NCBI GenBank assembly: GCA_041667115.1 | Contig: JBAYFO010000008.1 | Location: 4,823 to 68,822 of the forward strand | DNA from: Ignavibacteriaceae bacterium | GTDB taxonomy: Bacteria > Bacteroidota > Ignavibacteria > Ignavibacteriales > Ignavibacteriaceae | Length of the DNA: 64,000 nucleotides | Reading direction: 5' to 3' | Shown: one piece after another, positions 29,125 through 39,042 of the stretch | How the letters are laid out: every line of letters begins with the position of its first letter | Position numbering within the stretch: the stretch's first letter is position 1 | Program-made: the position numbers and the translations under genes | The notes under the pieces: generated by a model | Told to the model about the DNA's origin: nothing | What the model saw: the letters and a program-made list of their open reading frames with translations, nothing else | Database searches by the model: none

Positions 29125-31034
29125 TGATAAAGTTAAATTCAAACGTACCTGAAGGCGGCATTACCGAAAAATGGTCGAACCATAAATTCTCGATGAAGCT
29201 CGTCAATCCCGCCAACAAAAGAAAATTTGATATCATCGTTGTTGGTACCGGACTCGCAGGCGCTTCAGCCGCAGCAACATTAGGTGAACTCGGTTATAAA
29301 GTAAAAGCGTTTACCTATCACGATTCCCCGCGCCGTGCGCATTCAATTGCAGCGCAAGGCGGAATTAATGCAGCAAAAAATTATCAGAACGACGCCGACT
29401 CTGTTTACCGTTTGTTTTACGATACCGTAAAGGGAGGCGACTTCCGCGCTCGCGAAGCTAACGTTTACCGGTTAGCTGAAGTAAGCAACAACATTATTGA
29501 TCAATGCGTTGCGCAAGGCGTTCCTTTCGCAAGAGAATATGGCGGAACGTTAGCGAACCGTTCATTTGGCGGCGCGCAAGTATCAAGAACGTTTTATGCA
29601 CGCGGTGAAACCGGTCAGCAATTATTACTTGGCGCTTATAGTTCACTCAACAGACAAATCCATCTTGGCAACGTAAAAATGTTTAACCGCCGGGAGATGC
29701 TTGATGTTGTTCTTGTTGACGGAGTAGCAAAAGGGATTGTTGTAAGAAATTTACTTACCGGAGAAATTGAACGGCATTCAGCGCAGGCAGTTGTTATTGC
29801 TACCGGCGGATATATGAATGTTTATTTCTTATCTACCAATGCGATGAACAGTAATGCTACCGCAGTGTGGCGTGCGCATAAACGGGGAGCGGCTTTTGCT
29901 AACCCTTGTTATACACAAATACATCCAACGTGTCTTCCGGTTCATGGAGAAGCTCAATCTAAATTAGTTTTGATGAGCGAAAGCTTGCGTAACGACGGAA
30001 GAATTTGGGTCTCTAAAAAAGTTGATGATAAAAGACCTCCAAATCAAATTCCCGAAGAGGAAAGAGATTATTATCTTGAAAGAAGATATCCCGCGTTTGG
30101 GAATTTAGTTCCCCGTGATGTTGCTTCCCGAAACGCAAAATATGTTTGCGATGAAGGTCGCGGTGTTGACGGCGGACGCGCGGTCTATCTTGATTTTTCT
30201 GAAGCATTCAACCGTATCGGGAAAGATGGTGTGAAAGATAGATACGGCAACTTGTTCGATATGTATCAAAACATTACCGGTGTAAATCCCTACGATGTTC
30301 CGATGCAAATCTATCCGGCTCCACATTATTCAATGGGCGGCTTATGGGTAGATTACAATTTGATGAGCAACGTTCCCGGATTGTTTGTACTTGGCGAAGC
30401 AAACTTCTCAGACCACGGTGCAAACAGACTCGGCGCGAGTGCTTTAATGCAAGGGTTAGCAGACGGTTACTTTGTTATTCCTTATACTATCGGAAATTAT
30501 CTTGCGACTGAAAAACCGGAAAAAGCAAATCCGGACGGCAATGAATTCAAAGATGCTGAAAAGAACGTAAATGACAGCACTAAAAAATTACTTTCCGTTA
30601 ATGGAAAACAAACCGTTGACGCTATCCATAAAAAACTCGGTTTAATCTTAATTGATAAAGTTGGTATGTCGAGAGATGAAAAAGGATTAAACGAAGCGAT
30701 TAAAACTATCAAAGAATTAAGAGAAGAATTCTGGACCGACGTAAAAGTTGTTGGTAAAGGGGAAGAACTTAACCAGACGTTAGAGCGCGCCGGAAGAGTT
30801 GCTGATTTTCTTGAACTTGGCGAACTGATGGCAAAAGATGCTCTCAACCGGAATGAAAGCTGCGGCGGACATTTCCGTGAAGAATATCAAACCCCTGAAG
30901 GTGAAGCCTTGAGAAGGGATGATGAATATTCTTATGTGGCAGCCTGGGAATATAAAGGTCCCGGCGAATCGGAACTCGCTAAAGAAAATCTTGAATTTAC
31001 AAATATTAAATTAGCGACGAGGAGTTATAAATAA
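29124..31034 (+). CDS. sdhA: succinate dehydrogenase/fumarate reductase flavoprotein subunit
   Basis: [15 protein letters not shown] motif, [14 protein letters not shown] (covalent-FAD His), [19 protein letters not shown]. Confidence 0.95.
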   Translation: MIKLNSNVPEGGITEKWSNHKFSMKLVNPANKRKFDIIVVGTGLAGASAAATLGELGYKVKAFTYHDSPRRAHSIAAQGGINAAKNYQNDADSVYRLFYDTVKGGDFRAREANVYRLAEVSNNIIDQCVAQGVPFAREYGGTLANRSFGGAQVSRTFYARGETGQQLLLGAYSSLNRQIHLGNVKMFNRREMLDVVLVDGVAKGIVVRNLLTGEIERHSAQAVVIATGGYMNVYFLSTNAMNSNATAVWRAHKRGAAFANPCYTQIHPTCLPVHGEAQSKLVLMSESLRNDGRIWVSKKVDDKRPPNQIPEEERDYYLERRYPAFGNLVPRDVASRNAKYVCDEGRGVDGGRAVYLDFSEAFNRIGKDGVKDRYGNLFDMYQNITGVNPYDVPMQIYPAPHYSMGGLWVDYNLMSNVPGLFVLGEANFSDHGANRLGASALMQGLADGYFVIPYTIGNYLATEKPEKANPDGNEFKDAEKNVNDSTKKLLSVNGKQTVDAIHKKLGLILIDKVGMSRDEKGLNEAIKTIKELREEFWTDVKVVGKGEELNQTLERAGRVADFLELGELMAKDALNRNESCGGHFREEYQTPEGEALRRDDEYSYVAAWEYKGPGESELAKENLEFTNIKLATRSYK

Positions 31035-31804
31035 TGAGCAATAATCATATAACCTTGAAGTTAAAAATCTGGCGTCAAGAAAATAAGAATGCAAAGGGAC
31101 ACTTCGACGACTTCAATCAAAAAGTTTCTCCCGATTCTTCCATTCTTGAAATGCTTGATGAAGTGAATAATCTTTTAGAGTCTCAAGGAAAAACACCGAT
31201 TGCTTTTGAAAGCGATTGCCGTGAAGGTATTTGCGGAACTTGCGGATTAGCCGTTAACGGACATCCGCACGGACCATTGCCTAAGACTGCAACCTGCCAA
31301 TTGCACATGCGGAATTTTAAAGACGGCGAAACGCTTTATATTGAACCGTTCAGAGCCGCGGCGTTTACTGTTATAAAAGATTTAATTGTTGATAGATCGG
31401 GATTCGATAAAATCCAGCAAGCCGGTGGGTACACCTCCATTAATGCCGGAAGCGCACAGGATGCGAATGCAATTCTTATTTCTAAAGAGAAAGCAGACCT
31501 TTCACTTGACGCAGCTGAATGTATCGGCTGCGGCGCTTGTGTTGCGGCTTGTAAGAATTCATCTGCAATGCTGTTTGTAAGTGCGAAAGTTTCTCAATTT
31601 GCTTTACTGCCGCAAGGGCAGCCGGAACGGTATGAGCGTGTTCAAGCGATGGTGAAAGTTATGGATGAAAATTTCTTTGGAAGCTGCACAAACACCTATG
31701 CATGTGAAGCCGAATGCCCAAAAGGAATTTCAGTCAGTAACATTGCCCGTATGAACCGTGATTATTTCAAAGCAAAAATGGTGGTTGAAAAAATAGAAGT
31801 GTAA
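31034..31804 (+). CDS. sdhB: succinate dehydrogenase/fumarate reductase iron-sulfur subunit
   Basis: CREGICGTCG (2Fe-2S), CIGCGACVAAC and CTNTYACEAECPKG cluster motifs. Confidence 0.9.
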   Translation: MSNNHITLKLKIWRQENKNAKGHFDDFNQKVSPDSSILEMLDEVNNLLESQGKTPIAFESDCREGICGTCGLAVNGHPHGPLPKTATCQLHMRNFKDGETLYIEPFRAAAFTVIKDLIVDRSGFDKIQQAGGYTSINAGSAQDANAILISKEKADLSLDAAECIGCGACVAACKNSSAMLFVSAKVSQFALLPQGQPERYERVQAMVKVMDENFFGSCTNTYACEAECPKGISVSNIARMNRDYFKAKMVVEKIEV

Positions 31805-31887
31805 GAGGAAAGTAACAAGTAACAAATACCAAAGCACAAACAACAAAAAACAAGTAGGTATTTGTTTTATATTTCCGAAAGAATAGT

Positions 31888-31936
31888 GAAGCAAGAGAGA
31901 TCGAACGAATAAAGATTTTTCTTGCTTCTTTTTTTA
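31888..31936 (+). terminator. probable sdh operon terminator
   Basis: GAAGCAAG...CTTGCTTC stem followed by TTTTTTTT. The loop is long (25 nt), so strength is uncertain. Confidence 0.4.
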
Positions 31937-32552
31937 TCCGGGACGATTGTTGTGTTTATCTTTCGAATGTAGAAAGAACATATTCCATCCAGCCAAGTGA
32001 GACGCACTCCCTCAGAATTAAAATACTATTTGATATTAAAATAAAATTTTTCTAATTTTTAAACAGAAAGGGAACAAATTCTCATATACCGGTTTCCTTT
32101 TCTGATTTCATCATAAAAATTTGTTCGGAGGTTATTTATAATGAAGCAGTTACTGGTACTTTTTCAGTTTTTCTTGTACAGCAGACTAAACATTATCTTG
32201 TTTAGTATTCCTCTCCAAATAAATTCATCACAAAACAAATGCCTCTAGCGTTAGGGTTAACTGCAATCCGTTATTAGGTACTCTCTTCAGCAGTTGATCC
32301 TGTAAACAATTCCACTTTCACATCGCGCGGTACACCGCAGAAAATAAATCACGGCAGCTATTCATTATGAATTTGCCGGATATCGAATTCCCTTTAAAAG
32401 GGGAGAAATATTTTTAGAACACAAGAACTTGAAAATTTAAATGGATGGTTGGATGTGTTATGAAACCCGTCAACCACAACCGTTTTTCATGTCTGTGGAT
32501 AAACAAAATAAATAAGATTAAACATTACTAATAGTATTGGAGGTTACGTGAC

Positions 32553-33233
32553 ATGGTAACAGAGACTAATAAAAAATTGATTGAGCGCGTGATTAATGTA
32601 TTTGAAACCGGAACACCGGAAGGGAAGTACAATCAAATTACTATCCTTGCCGATGGAAAAGGGGGAACCCGGCAAATCACATACGGTCGCAGCCAAACTA
32701 CGGAACAAGGAAATCTTGCAAAGCTTATTGAGATGTATATCCGGAACAATGGAGTTTATGCAGAGCAACTTTCCAAATACATTGATAAAATTGGAAAGGT
32801 TTCTTTAGTAGATAACAAAACATTCAAAGATCTTTTACGCACGGCAGCCACAGAGGATGAACTGATGCGTTCTACACAAGATGAGTTCTTCGATCTCGCA
32901 TACTACAATCCCGCGTTTGAATTTTTTACAAAGAACGGATTCGATCTTCCTCTGAGTATGCTTGTTATTTACGACAGTTATATTCATTCGGGAAGCATAC
33001 TGCAATCATTGAGGAAAAGATTTGGCGAGTACCCGCCGGCAAAAGGAGGTGACGAAAAGAAGTGGATAACATCGTACGTCGATATCCGCCATCAATGGCT
33101 GAAGTATCACACCAATCCGATTGTGCAGCGAACAATTTATAGAACACAATGTTTTAAGGATCAGATCGTTGCGGACAATTGGCAATTGGATAAGCTGCCG
33201 GTTATGGCGAACGGAACAGCGGTAAACGTTTAA
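32553..33233 (+). CDS. glycoside hydrolase family 46 (chitosanase-like, lysozyme superfamily), no signal peptide
   Basis: Aligns by eye to Streptomyces N174 CsnA: FETG (catalytic Glu), ADGKGGTRQITYG (catalytic Asp region), DEFFDLAYYNPA, VIYDSYIHSG, GGDEKKWITSYVDIRHQWL. SD is GGAGG. Confidence 0.75.
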   Translation: MVTETNKKLIERVINVFETGTPEGKYNQITILADGKGGTRQITYGRSQTTEQGNLAKLIEMYIRNNGVYAEQLSKYIDKIGKVSLVDNKTFKDLLRTAATEDELMRSTQDEFFDLAYYNPAFEFFTKNGFDLPLSMLVIYDSYIHSGSILQSLRKRFGEYPPAKGGDEKKWITSYVDIRHQWLKYHTNPIVQRTIYRTQCFKDQIVADNWQLDKLPVMANGTAVNV

Positions 33234-33295
33234 TAGTAAATGAATCACCATAAAGAAAATGATCAAAATATTTTATTATAAAAGGAGATTGAGTT

Positions 33296-34489
33296 ATGGA
33301 AATAGAACAACAAACAACTTCTGCCAATCCTACTGTTGTAGTAAAGAAAAAACGGTTTTTATCCTGGGCAAAAGAAATATTCTTACTTGCCTGGTATTTG
33401 ATTAGAGATTTATTCGCCGCTTTTTTACGGTTCTTCAACATCAAGCAAATTTATTATTTGGATGCTCATCAAGCGTATAGAAAAATACTTAGTGAATACG
33501 CGGTAATTCATTCGGTAATCCTGGCAAAGGAAAAGATCAGCGCAGAAGAGCATGATACTATTCAAGAGATTGATTTAATTATTGCTGAAGCAAACCGGAT
33601 TAACCACTATGAAGAATTGTGGCCGTTCATTCATCTTATTGAATTACAGATACTCAGGCTTTATGATTTGAAAGCGCTTCTCTCCCACCTAATTATTATC
33701 CGTAATAACCTTTATGTGCTGGATGAGGAAGATAGAAAACGGTGGGAACCGGTACTTACTAAATTTGATGTGGCGGACAACGCCCAACCGCTTGACGAAA
33801 ACTATTTCCGTAATGTGATCTATTCGGTAACGGCAGAAATTCAAGAAGCCCGGCGGCTGAATTTTATGACCACCGATCTTAAACATGCGTTAATGAAAAG
33901 ATTTTTCTGGATCACCCTTGGTGTAGGAATTCTTGCATGGGGATTTGCCTTTGCGATTATCCGCGACCCGCTTGTACACTACGCGGTAATCTTCGGACTG
34001 CTGGGAGGATTCTTCAGCCGTGTGTTAGCGTTAAAGAGTCTGGAATTTAAGCCCGCGGCGTTTTCTCTTTTAGCGCTTTACACTTACATTCAACCTTTGT
34101 TGGGAGGTGTCGGCGCTTTGATCTTGTATCTTATTCTCATTTCACCTCTTGGTCCGCAGGTAATAAGCGGTGATACTTTTTATCTAAGCGATACCGAAAC
34201 GCACAACTACATTGTTGCTAAAATTAGTGACTCGACCACCGTAATGAGTTGGAAAGTACCCGCGTTAATTAGAGATACTTCGCTCATCTCAACCTCCAAA
34301 GTTATTTCACAGTATCCGAAGCCGGGAATGTTTTTACTCTTAGCCTTCCTTGCCGGCTTTTCTGAACGGTGGCTGCTCGGTACGCTTGAAACAATTGTAG
34401 GAAAGAAATTACAAAAGGATGGTGATGGAAAATCCACACCGGAAGTAAAACCGGCTCCGGTTACAACTACGCCGGAAGTAAAACCTTAA
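33296..34489 (+). CDS. hypothetical polytopic membrane protein with a helical cytoplasmic N-domain and a Pro/Lys-rich tail
   Basis: 397 aa with about 5-6 hydrophobic helices (FFWITLGVGILAWGFAFAII, VIFGLLGGFFSRVLAL and others). C-terminus is TPEVKPAPVTTTPEVKP. SD is AAAGGAG. Confidence 0.6.
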   Translation: MEIEQQTTSANPTVVVKKKRFLSWAKEIFLLAWYLIRDLFAAFLRFFNIKQIYYLDAHQAYRKILSEYAVIHSVILAKEKISAEEHDTIQEIDLIIAEANRINHYEELWPFIHLIELQILRLYDLKALLSHLIIIRNNLYVLDEEDRKRWEPVLTKFDVADNAQPLDENYFRNVIYSVTAEIQEARRLNFMTTDLKHALMKRFFWITLGVGILAWGFAFAIIRDPLVHYAVIFGLLGGFFSRVLALKSLEFKPAAFSLLALYTYIQPLLGGVGALILYLILISPLGPQVISGDTFYLSDTETHNYIVAKISDSTTVMSWKVPALIRDTSLISTSKVISQYPKPGMFLLLAFLAGFSERWLLGTLETIVGKKLQKDGDGKSTPEVKPAPVTTTPEVKP

Positions 34490-34500
34490 GGAGAAAAATA

Positions 34501-34788
34501 ATGACTAATTCATCAAATGAAATTCGGAATTGTGTTAGGGCTAAAGTTCGTGCATTCTGTTTTGCTGGAGCTCAAATAACGGATGACGAAATCGGAAAGA
34601 CTAAAATAAGTGATTTACCGCTTTCTCAGAATCCCAATATGCCCGGTGTTTCACCAATGCAGCCATTGGTAATCAAATTAAAGAAGTGTGTAGATATTAG
34701 TATTGATCTTTCGGTTGATACTTTAACAAGTCATTCTACCTGGACTGTGGATGATGTTTCACAATATATAAATGGACAAACAATATAA
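34501..34788 (+). CDS. hypothetical small protein
   Basis: 95 aa, SD GGAG 8 nt upstream, 11 nt after the preceding stop; no family recognised. Confidence 0.5.
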   Translation: MTNSSNEIRNCVRAKVRAFCFAGAQITDDEIGKTKISDLPLSQNPNMPGVSPMQPLVIKLKKCVDISIDLSVDTLTSHSTWTVDDVSQYINGQTI

Positions 34789-34798
34789 AGGAGCTAAC

Positions 34799-35839
34799 AT
34801 GAAATTCTTTTATAAGTTTTTGCTAGCTGTTGTGGTATTAGCATGTGCCATTTATCCACAAAATGTTAGCATGTTAACTACTAATAAGATTGAGTCGGGA
34901 GAAATCGTTTATTTCGAAAACGCTAAGGATAGTAGTGAGTTAACAAAAAGATATAATTATTTTCTGAAAGCAAAGATCGTTCTTAAAAACGAAACAAAAG
35001 GAAGTGAAGTTACTGCCAGGGAGAGTATCGGTGTTAAAGATGGGGAGCTTGTATTTATCAAGTTCGTCGATAATGCTATCAAGAATATGGCTGGCGATGA
35101 CTTTGCGTTATATCTTGATAATGTTTTAGTAAAGCGGACTGATTCTGTTTCAGCAATAGGAGGAGGTGTTTTCAAACTAGATCTTAAACCTTCTCTTGAC
35201 GCAGCAGAAGCTCAGAAACTTGATCTTGTTTGGGGAAGGAAGTTTGTGGAAAGTTATACTAATGGCACAGCCATGAATGTTGACTTAAATCTTAAAGGGG
35301 CATTCTCTTCTAAACCAGATTCCGCCGCATTGAACAGCGTTCAAATAAAAGGAGGATATACTTTCATCTTTACGGATGTGGGTCTTTTTAAATATCTAGG
35401 ATTAAACGGAAATATCGGGAGCGAACATCCTCAAAATTTTAGTCAAACGAATATGGTTGGGAGTGTTGCTTTTAGTACGGTTCTACCCTGGACGGATATT
35501 CTTGCAAGAGTTATTGCTAATAATAGAACAAACGCTTCAATAGGGTTGCTTCTTCAACCTGCAATAGAATTTGTAAAGAATACTACGGTAAAAGATTCTT
35601 CTTATTTACGTGGAGCTATACATGGAGGTTGGGACATCCCCTTATTAAAAAATCAGTATGTCAGTTTTTATGGCGTTGCTTACTTTCAAAAGGGATATCA
35701 ACCGCGCTCATATGTTGAGATGACATTGGAACAAGATCTTTCGGAGTCTCTTGCAGTAGTAGCTAAATGGGTAAATGGTGCGCTGCCTCCTTTGTTTCAA
35801 CATGAAGCTGATTTTAGAATAGGATTACGTTTTAAATAA
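34799..35839 (+). CDS. secreted hypothetical protein, possible outer-membrane beta-barrel
   Basis: Start moved to MKFFYKFLLAVVVLACA (signal peptide, SD AAGGAG). The C-terminal half has alternating beta-strand patterns and ends FRIGLRFK. Confidence 0.55.
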   Translation: MKFFYKFLLAVVVLACAIYPQNVSMLTTNKIESGEIVYFENAKDSSELTKRYNYFLKAKIVLKNETKGSEVTARESIGVKDGELVFIKFVDNAIKNMAGDDFALYLDNVLVKRTDSVSAIGGGVFKLDLKPSLDAAEAQKLDLVWGRKFVESYTNGTAMNVDLNLKGAFSSKPDSAALNSVQIKGGYTFIFTDVGLFKYLGLNGNIGSEHPQNFSQTNMVGSVAFSTVLPWTDILARVIANNRTNASIGLLLQPAIEFVKNTTVKDSSYLRGAIHGGWDIPLLKNQYVSFYGVAYFQKGYQPRSYVEMTLEQDLSESLAVVAKWVNGALPPLFQHEADFRIGLRFK

Positions 35840-35981
35840 GGGGAGGGATGGATTCTAAAAGTGACTAATGGAAAGACTGAGCTATCGATAGATAAAGATA
35901 ATATGGTTTTTAAGAAATAAAAAAGTGAAGCACTGTTTTAATAGATGGAGGGCTGTTCTTTGAAATTACATGGCACATTTT

Positions 35982-36340
35982 GAAGGGTTACCTTCAAGAA
36001 ATGAAAGGTGACTCCAATGAAATGAGAGGTGACACCGGAGAAATGTTATCTAACGGTGAGGAAATAAAAACTGACATGTGAGAAATGTCATGTTGCAGTG
36101 AAGAAAAGTAATCTTACAGTAAGGAAATGAATGCTCGCGTGCGAGAAATATCATCTAACAGCGAGGAAATAAAAGCTTGCACTGAAGAAATGTCAGCTTG
36201 CAGTGAAGAAATGTCAGCTCGCTGTGAAGAAATGTCAGTTTGCTGTGAAGAAATGTAATCTTGCAGTAAGGAAATGAATGCTTGCATGTGAGAAACATCA
36301 CCTAACAGTCAAGATCTAGAAGGTGAAAGATGAAAAATGT
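35982..36340. repeat. second tandem array of about 17 copies of a 21-bp unit
   Basis: Core unit GTCAGCTTGCAGTGAAGAAAT, with GTCAG at 36192, 36213 and 36234. Flanks are degenerate. It shares the phased TGAAR...ATG pattern with the array at 22971. All frames contain stops. Confidence 0.9.
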
Positions 36341-36501
36341 TTGAATTTGGGAGAAAAACAAGGATTTGTTACACAAAGGGGACACGAAGAGCGCGAAGAA
36401 GATCCCTTCGTGGAGCTCTGCCTGAGGCAGACAGGTTCGAGACAGTATTTGTTCTTAAAAATAAATTAAATCTTCATTCATTAACAAAAAGGAGTACTAC
36501 A

Positions 36502-37200
36502 ATGAATACCCGTGAAAAAAACAAGCATGAAATGCTTGGCACCGTTACCGGTTTTTATGAGACGGAGAAGAGCACATTCGCTGATCTGCCCGGATTAATC
36601 TCGGCATTCTCGGATGTTATCGCGATCAACAAGGAGATCGATCTGAATGAAAAGGTCGTTCAGGAAGGGACAAAGGGGAAAGTAGTTTCCCGGGATGATT
36701 CCCAGTCCGAGCTGATCAAAATTGCTCTGGTTTGTGCCGGGGCTATCTACGGCTATGCTGCCGCAGAAAACGATCTTGAACTGTTAACCTTTGCCGATGT
36801 AAGCAGCAGCACGTTCAAGAAAATGAGGGACGCGGAAATTCCTCTTAAGGTTGAAAAGATTCTGGATAAAGGGGACGAGCTCGGGGCGGCGCTCATTCCT
36901 TTCGGCTTGTCGGAAGAAAAGAGGACCACCGGCAGGGCGAGTCTGGATGATTACATGGAGAAATTCGGCAGTGTAAATACGGGAAAGGGGAATAAAAAAT
37001 CAGCCGCGGAAAGCAGTAAGAAGCTGCTCGTAAAAGTTGATCAGAAGCTGAAGGTGCTGGATAAGTTGATGCTGAACTTTAAGGAGGAGAAACCCGACTT
37101 ATATTCCCGGTACAGCATGGCACGGATTATCTACGACAAGAGGGGGAGCCGAAGGGGAGGGAACGGTGAGACTCCTCCTCCGCCGGAAGAGCCGAAATAA
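36502..37200 (+). CDS. hypothetical protein
   Basis: Start moved to MNTREKNK (SD AAAGGAG 7 nt upstream); the listed 36337 start lies inside the repeat array. 232 aa, helical, Gly/Pro-rich C-terminus. Confidence 0.55.
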   Translation: MNTREKNKHEMLGTVTGFYETEKSTFADLPGLISAFSDVIAINKEIDLNEKVVQEGTKGKVVSRDDSQSELIKIALVCAGAIYGYAAAENDLELLTFADVSSSTFKKMRDAEIPLKVEKILDKGDELGAALIPFGLSEEKRTTGRASLDDYMEKFGSVNTGKGNKKSAAESSKKLLVKVDQKLKVLDKLMLNFKEEKPDLYSRYSMARIIYDKRGSRRGGNGETPPPPEEPK

Positions 37201-37513
37201 TTAACGATTGCAACAAAAGCACTCCCACGGTTGCGATCCATTGCAGCGATACCCTGAAGGGTATCGCTGTTCGAAAAAATCATCCCGATAAATCGGGATG
37301 ATATGGGAATTGATGGTTTGTTAGAATGAGATAGAAAAAAGTTGGAATACATCTACCTGTCCGCCTTTGGCGGATGAAGTGCCGTGCGGTAATGTATTCC
37401 TTAATTAACTAAACTGTGCGGCATAAGTAATAATTACTTGACTTTCTTTTCTATAGACAACATGGTTAGACGAATAGGACTGGAATCAAGAATAATTAAA
37501 AAGGAGATAAAAA

Positions 37514-38038
37514 ATGAACAAAGATCCAAGGTCAGCCGAAGAAAGAGCAGCGCATGAGGCATTTGCGAAAGCAACGCTGCAACATACTAATCAACGGATA
37601 CTGCAGCTTCTTGAGAAACCTCCGGCAAACGATATCTTGCAGAAGATGCCGGGTTTAAATATTGAAGCTGCAAGGTTGGCAGCTAGTTCAAACGAATCGT
37701 ACAGCTACAGTGCTCAAATGGATTTTGCAAATTTATTTGGCGGTGTAGTAAATCTGTTTCCGGAGGGGTATCCGCCATTCTTTAAGGGATTTTATGGAGG
37801 GTTAGGGGTAGGTCTTGGCTCTACGTGGGGAACTTGCTTCTTCAACTTTGATTTGAAATCACTTGACAAAGTGATCGCGAACTTTGAGTTCAACATAGCT
37901 CCCGCATTCACGCAAATTAATTTCTGGAAGCTGGTGGACGGCAGTTTTATTGGTCATTTCATTGGTGGTGGAGTAGCATTCGGGCTGGGTGTTTATGGAG
38001 GACAAGGCAGCTGGAGCGACCATAGGGAATGGCAATAG
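37514..38038 (+). CDS. VapA-family (Rhodococcus equi virulence-associated protein, R_equi_Vir-like) beta-barrel protein homologue
   Basis: The C-terminus FEFNIAPAFTQINFWKLVDGSFIGHFIGGGVAFGLGVYGGQGSW parallels VapA YNAVGPYLNINFFDSSGSFLGHVQSGGVSTVVGVGGGSGSW as I recall it. SD is AAGGAG. Confidence 0.55.
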   Translation: MNKDPRSAEERAAHEAFAKATLQHTNQRILQLLEKPPANDILQKMPGLNIEAARLAASSNESYSYSAQMDFANLFGGVVNLFPEGYPPFFKGFYGGLGVGLGSTWGTCFFNFDLKSLDKVIANFEFNIAPAFTQINFWKLVDGSFIGHFIGGGVAFGLGVYGGQGSWSDHREWQ

Positions 38039-38240
38039 CAACTCAATTAATATGTAAAAGTTGGTTGGTTGTTTTAGTCGTCTTCGGCTTTATGGTAGCT
38101 TAGGTGATTCTATTGCCAAAGGGAATTGTAGGGATTTGAAAAATAGAATCGTATAACACTTGTTGAAGTCTTGACTTGTTAAAGTTTAGAAGGGAGGGTT
38201 GTGCCCGCCGGTGTTCCCAACAACCGGGAATCAATTTAGT

Positions 38241-38707
38241 TCTGTCCCGATAGCTATCGGGACAGGTTATGAATTAGATAGTTAGTAATCCGCCAGAGGC
38301 GGACGGCGCAGGATGGCGAGAATATTAAAAATTTAAGAATAACGATTAACGATATTTGATTTATGATGTGACAAAATCTTCTAACCATGGCAAGCCTTGG
38401 CATGCTTCTAAAATCGTTAATCCCCGTCTGAGCCGGGCAGGCTTGTTCTGAGATCAATTTTGGTTCCAGCTTTGCCGATTTATATAGTTAGTAAAAATCC
38501 GCCGCGGCGGACGGCGCTGGATGGCGAGGATATTAAAAATTTAAGAATAACGATTAACGATATTTGATTTATGATGTAACAAAATCTTCTAACCATGGCA
38601 AGCCTTGGCATGTTTCTAAAATCGTTAATCCCCGTCTGAGCCGGGCATGCTTGTTCTGAGATCAATTTTGGTTCTGTCCCGATAGCTATCGGGACAGGTT
38701 ATGAATT
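38241..38707. repeat. tandem duplication (2 copies, about 97 percent identical over about 190 bp) of a 225-bp non-coding module bounded by a GTCCCGATAGCTATCGGGAC hairpin
   Basis: Copy 1 is about 38276-38465 and copy 2 about 38490-38675. Each has a TCCGCC-loop-GGCGGA hairpin and a 10-bp long-range inverted repeat GATTAACGAT...ATCGTTAATC. The bounding hairpin is at 38244-38263 and 38676-38695. Confidence 0.85.
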
Positions 38708-39042
38708 CCGCCGCGGCGGACTAATAACTAATAACTGTAAACTGAAAACTTTTTTTATAAATTGGAAATATGTCAGAAACTCCTTAGGTTTGTCCATAGT
38801 AATTATTGAGAGAAGAGGCACTATTATTTCTTCATTAGTATTACATAGAACAATATTACCGAACGGGGTAAATACATTACCTTCTCCCCTTTTATTTCCT
38901 ACATCGAAAAAGACAACAAAAGAATTTTACTTAAAAGTATTTATATCTCTTTTAACAACTTGTCACGCAAGGCGTGATAACACGGCGGTATACCTTTGAT
39001 AATTATTTAAAATAAATTAATTATAAAGTTACATACTAATTT

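Noticed and set aside
36337-36501. Upstream extension of the 36502 gene (listed start 36337, MFEFGRKTRICY...).
   Set aside because: The extension begins inside the satellite array, is Arg-rich low complexity, and lacks an RBS. The ATG at 36502 has a strong AAAGGAG SD.
38254-38665. Two paralogous antisense ORFs (67 and 61 aa, MISEQACPAQTGINDF...).
   Set aside because: They are TTG-initiated, have no RBS, and lie wholly inside the tandemly duplicated non-coding module. Their similarity only reflects the DNA duplication.
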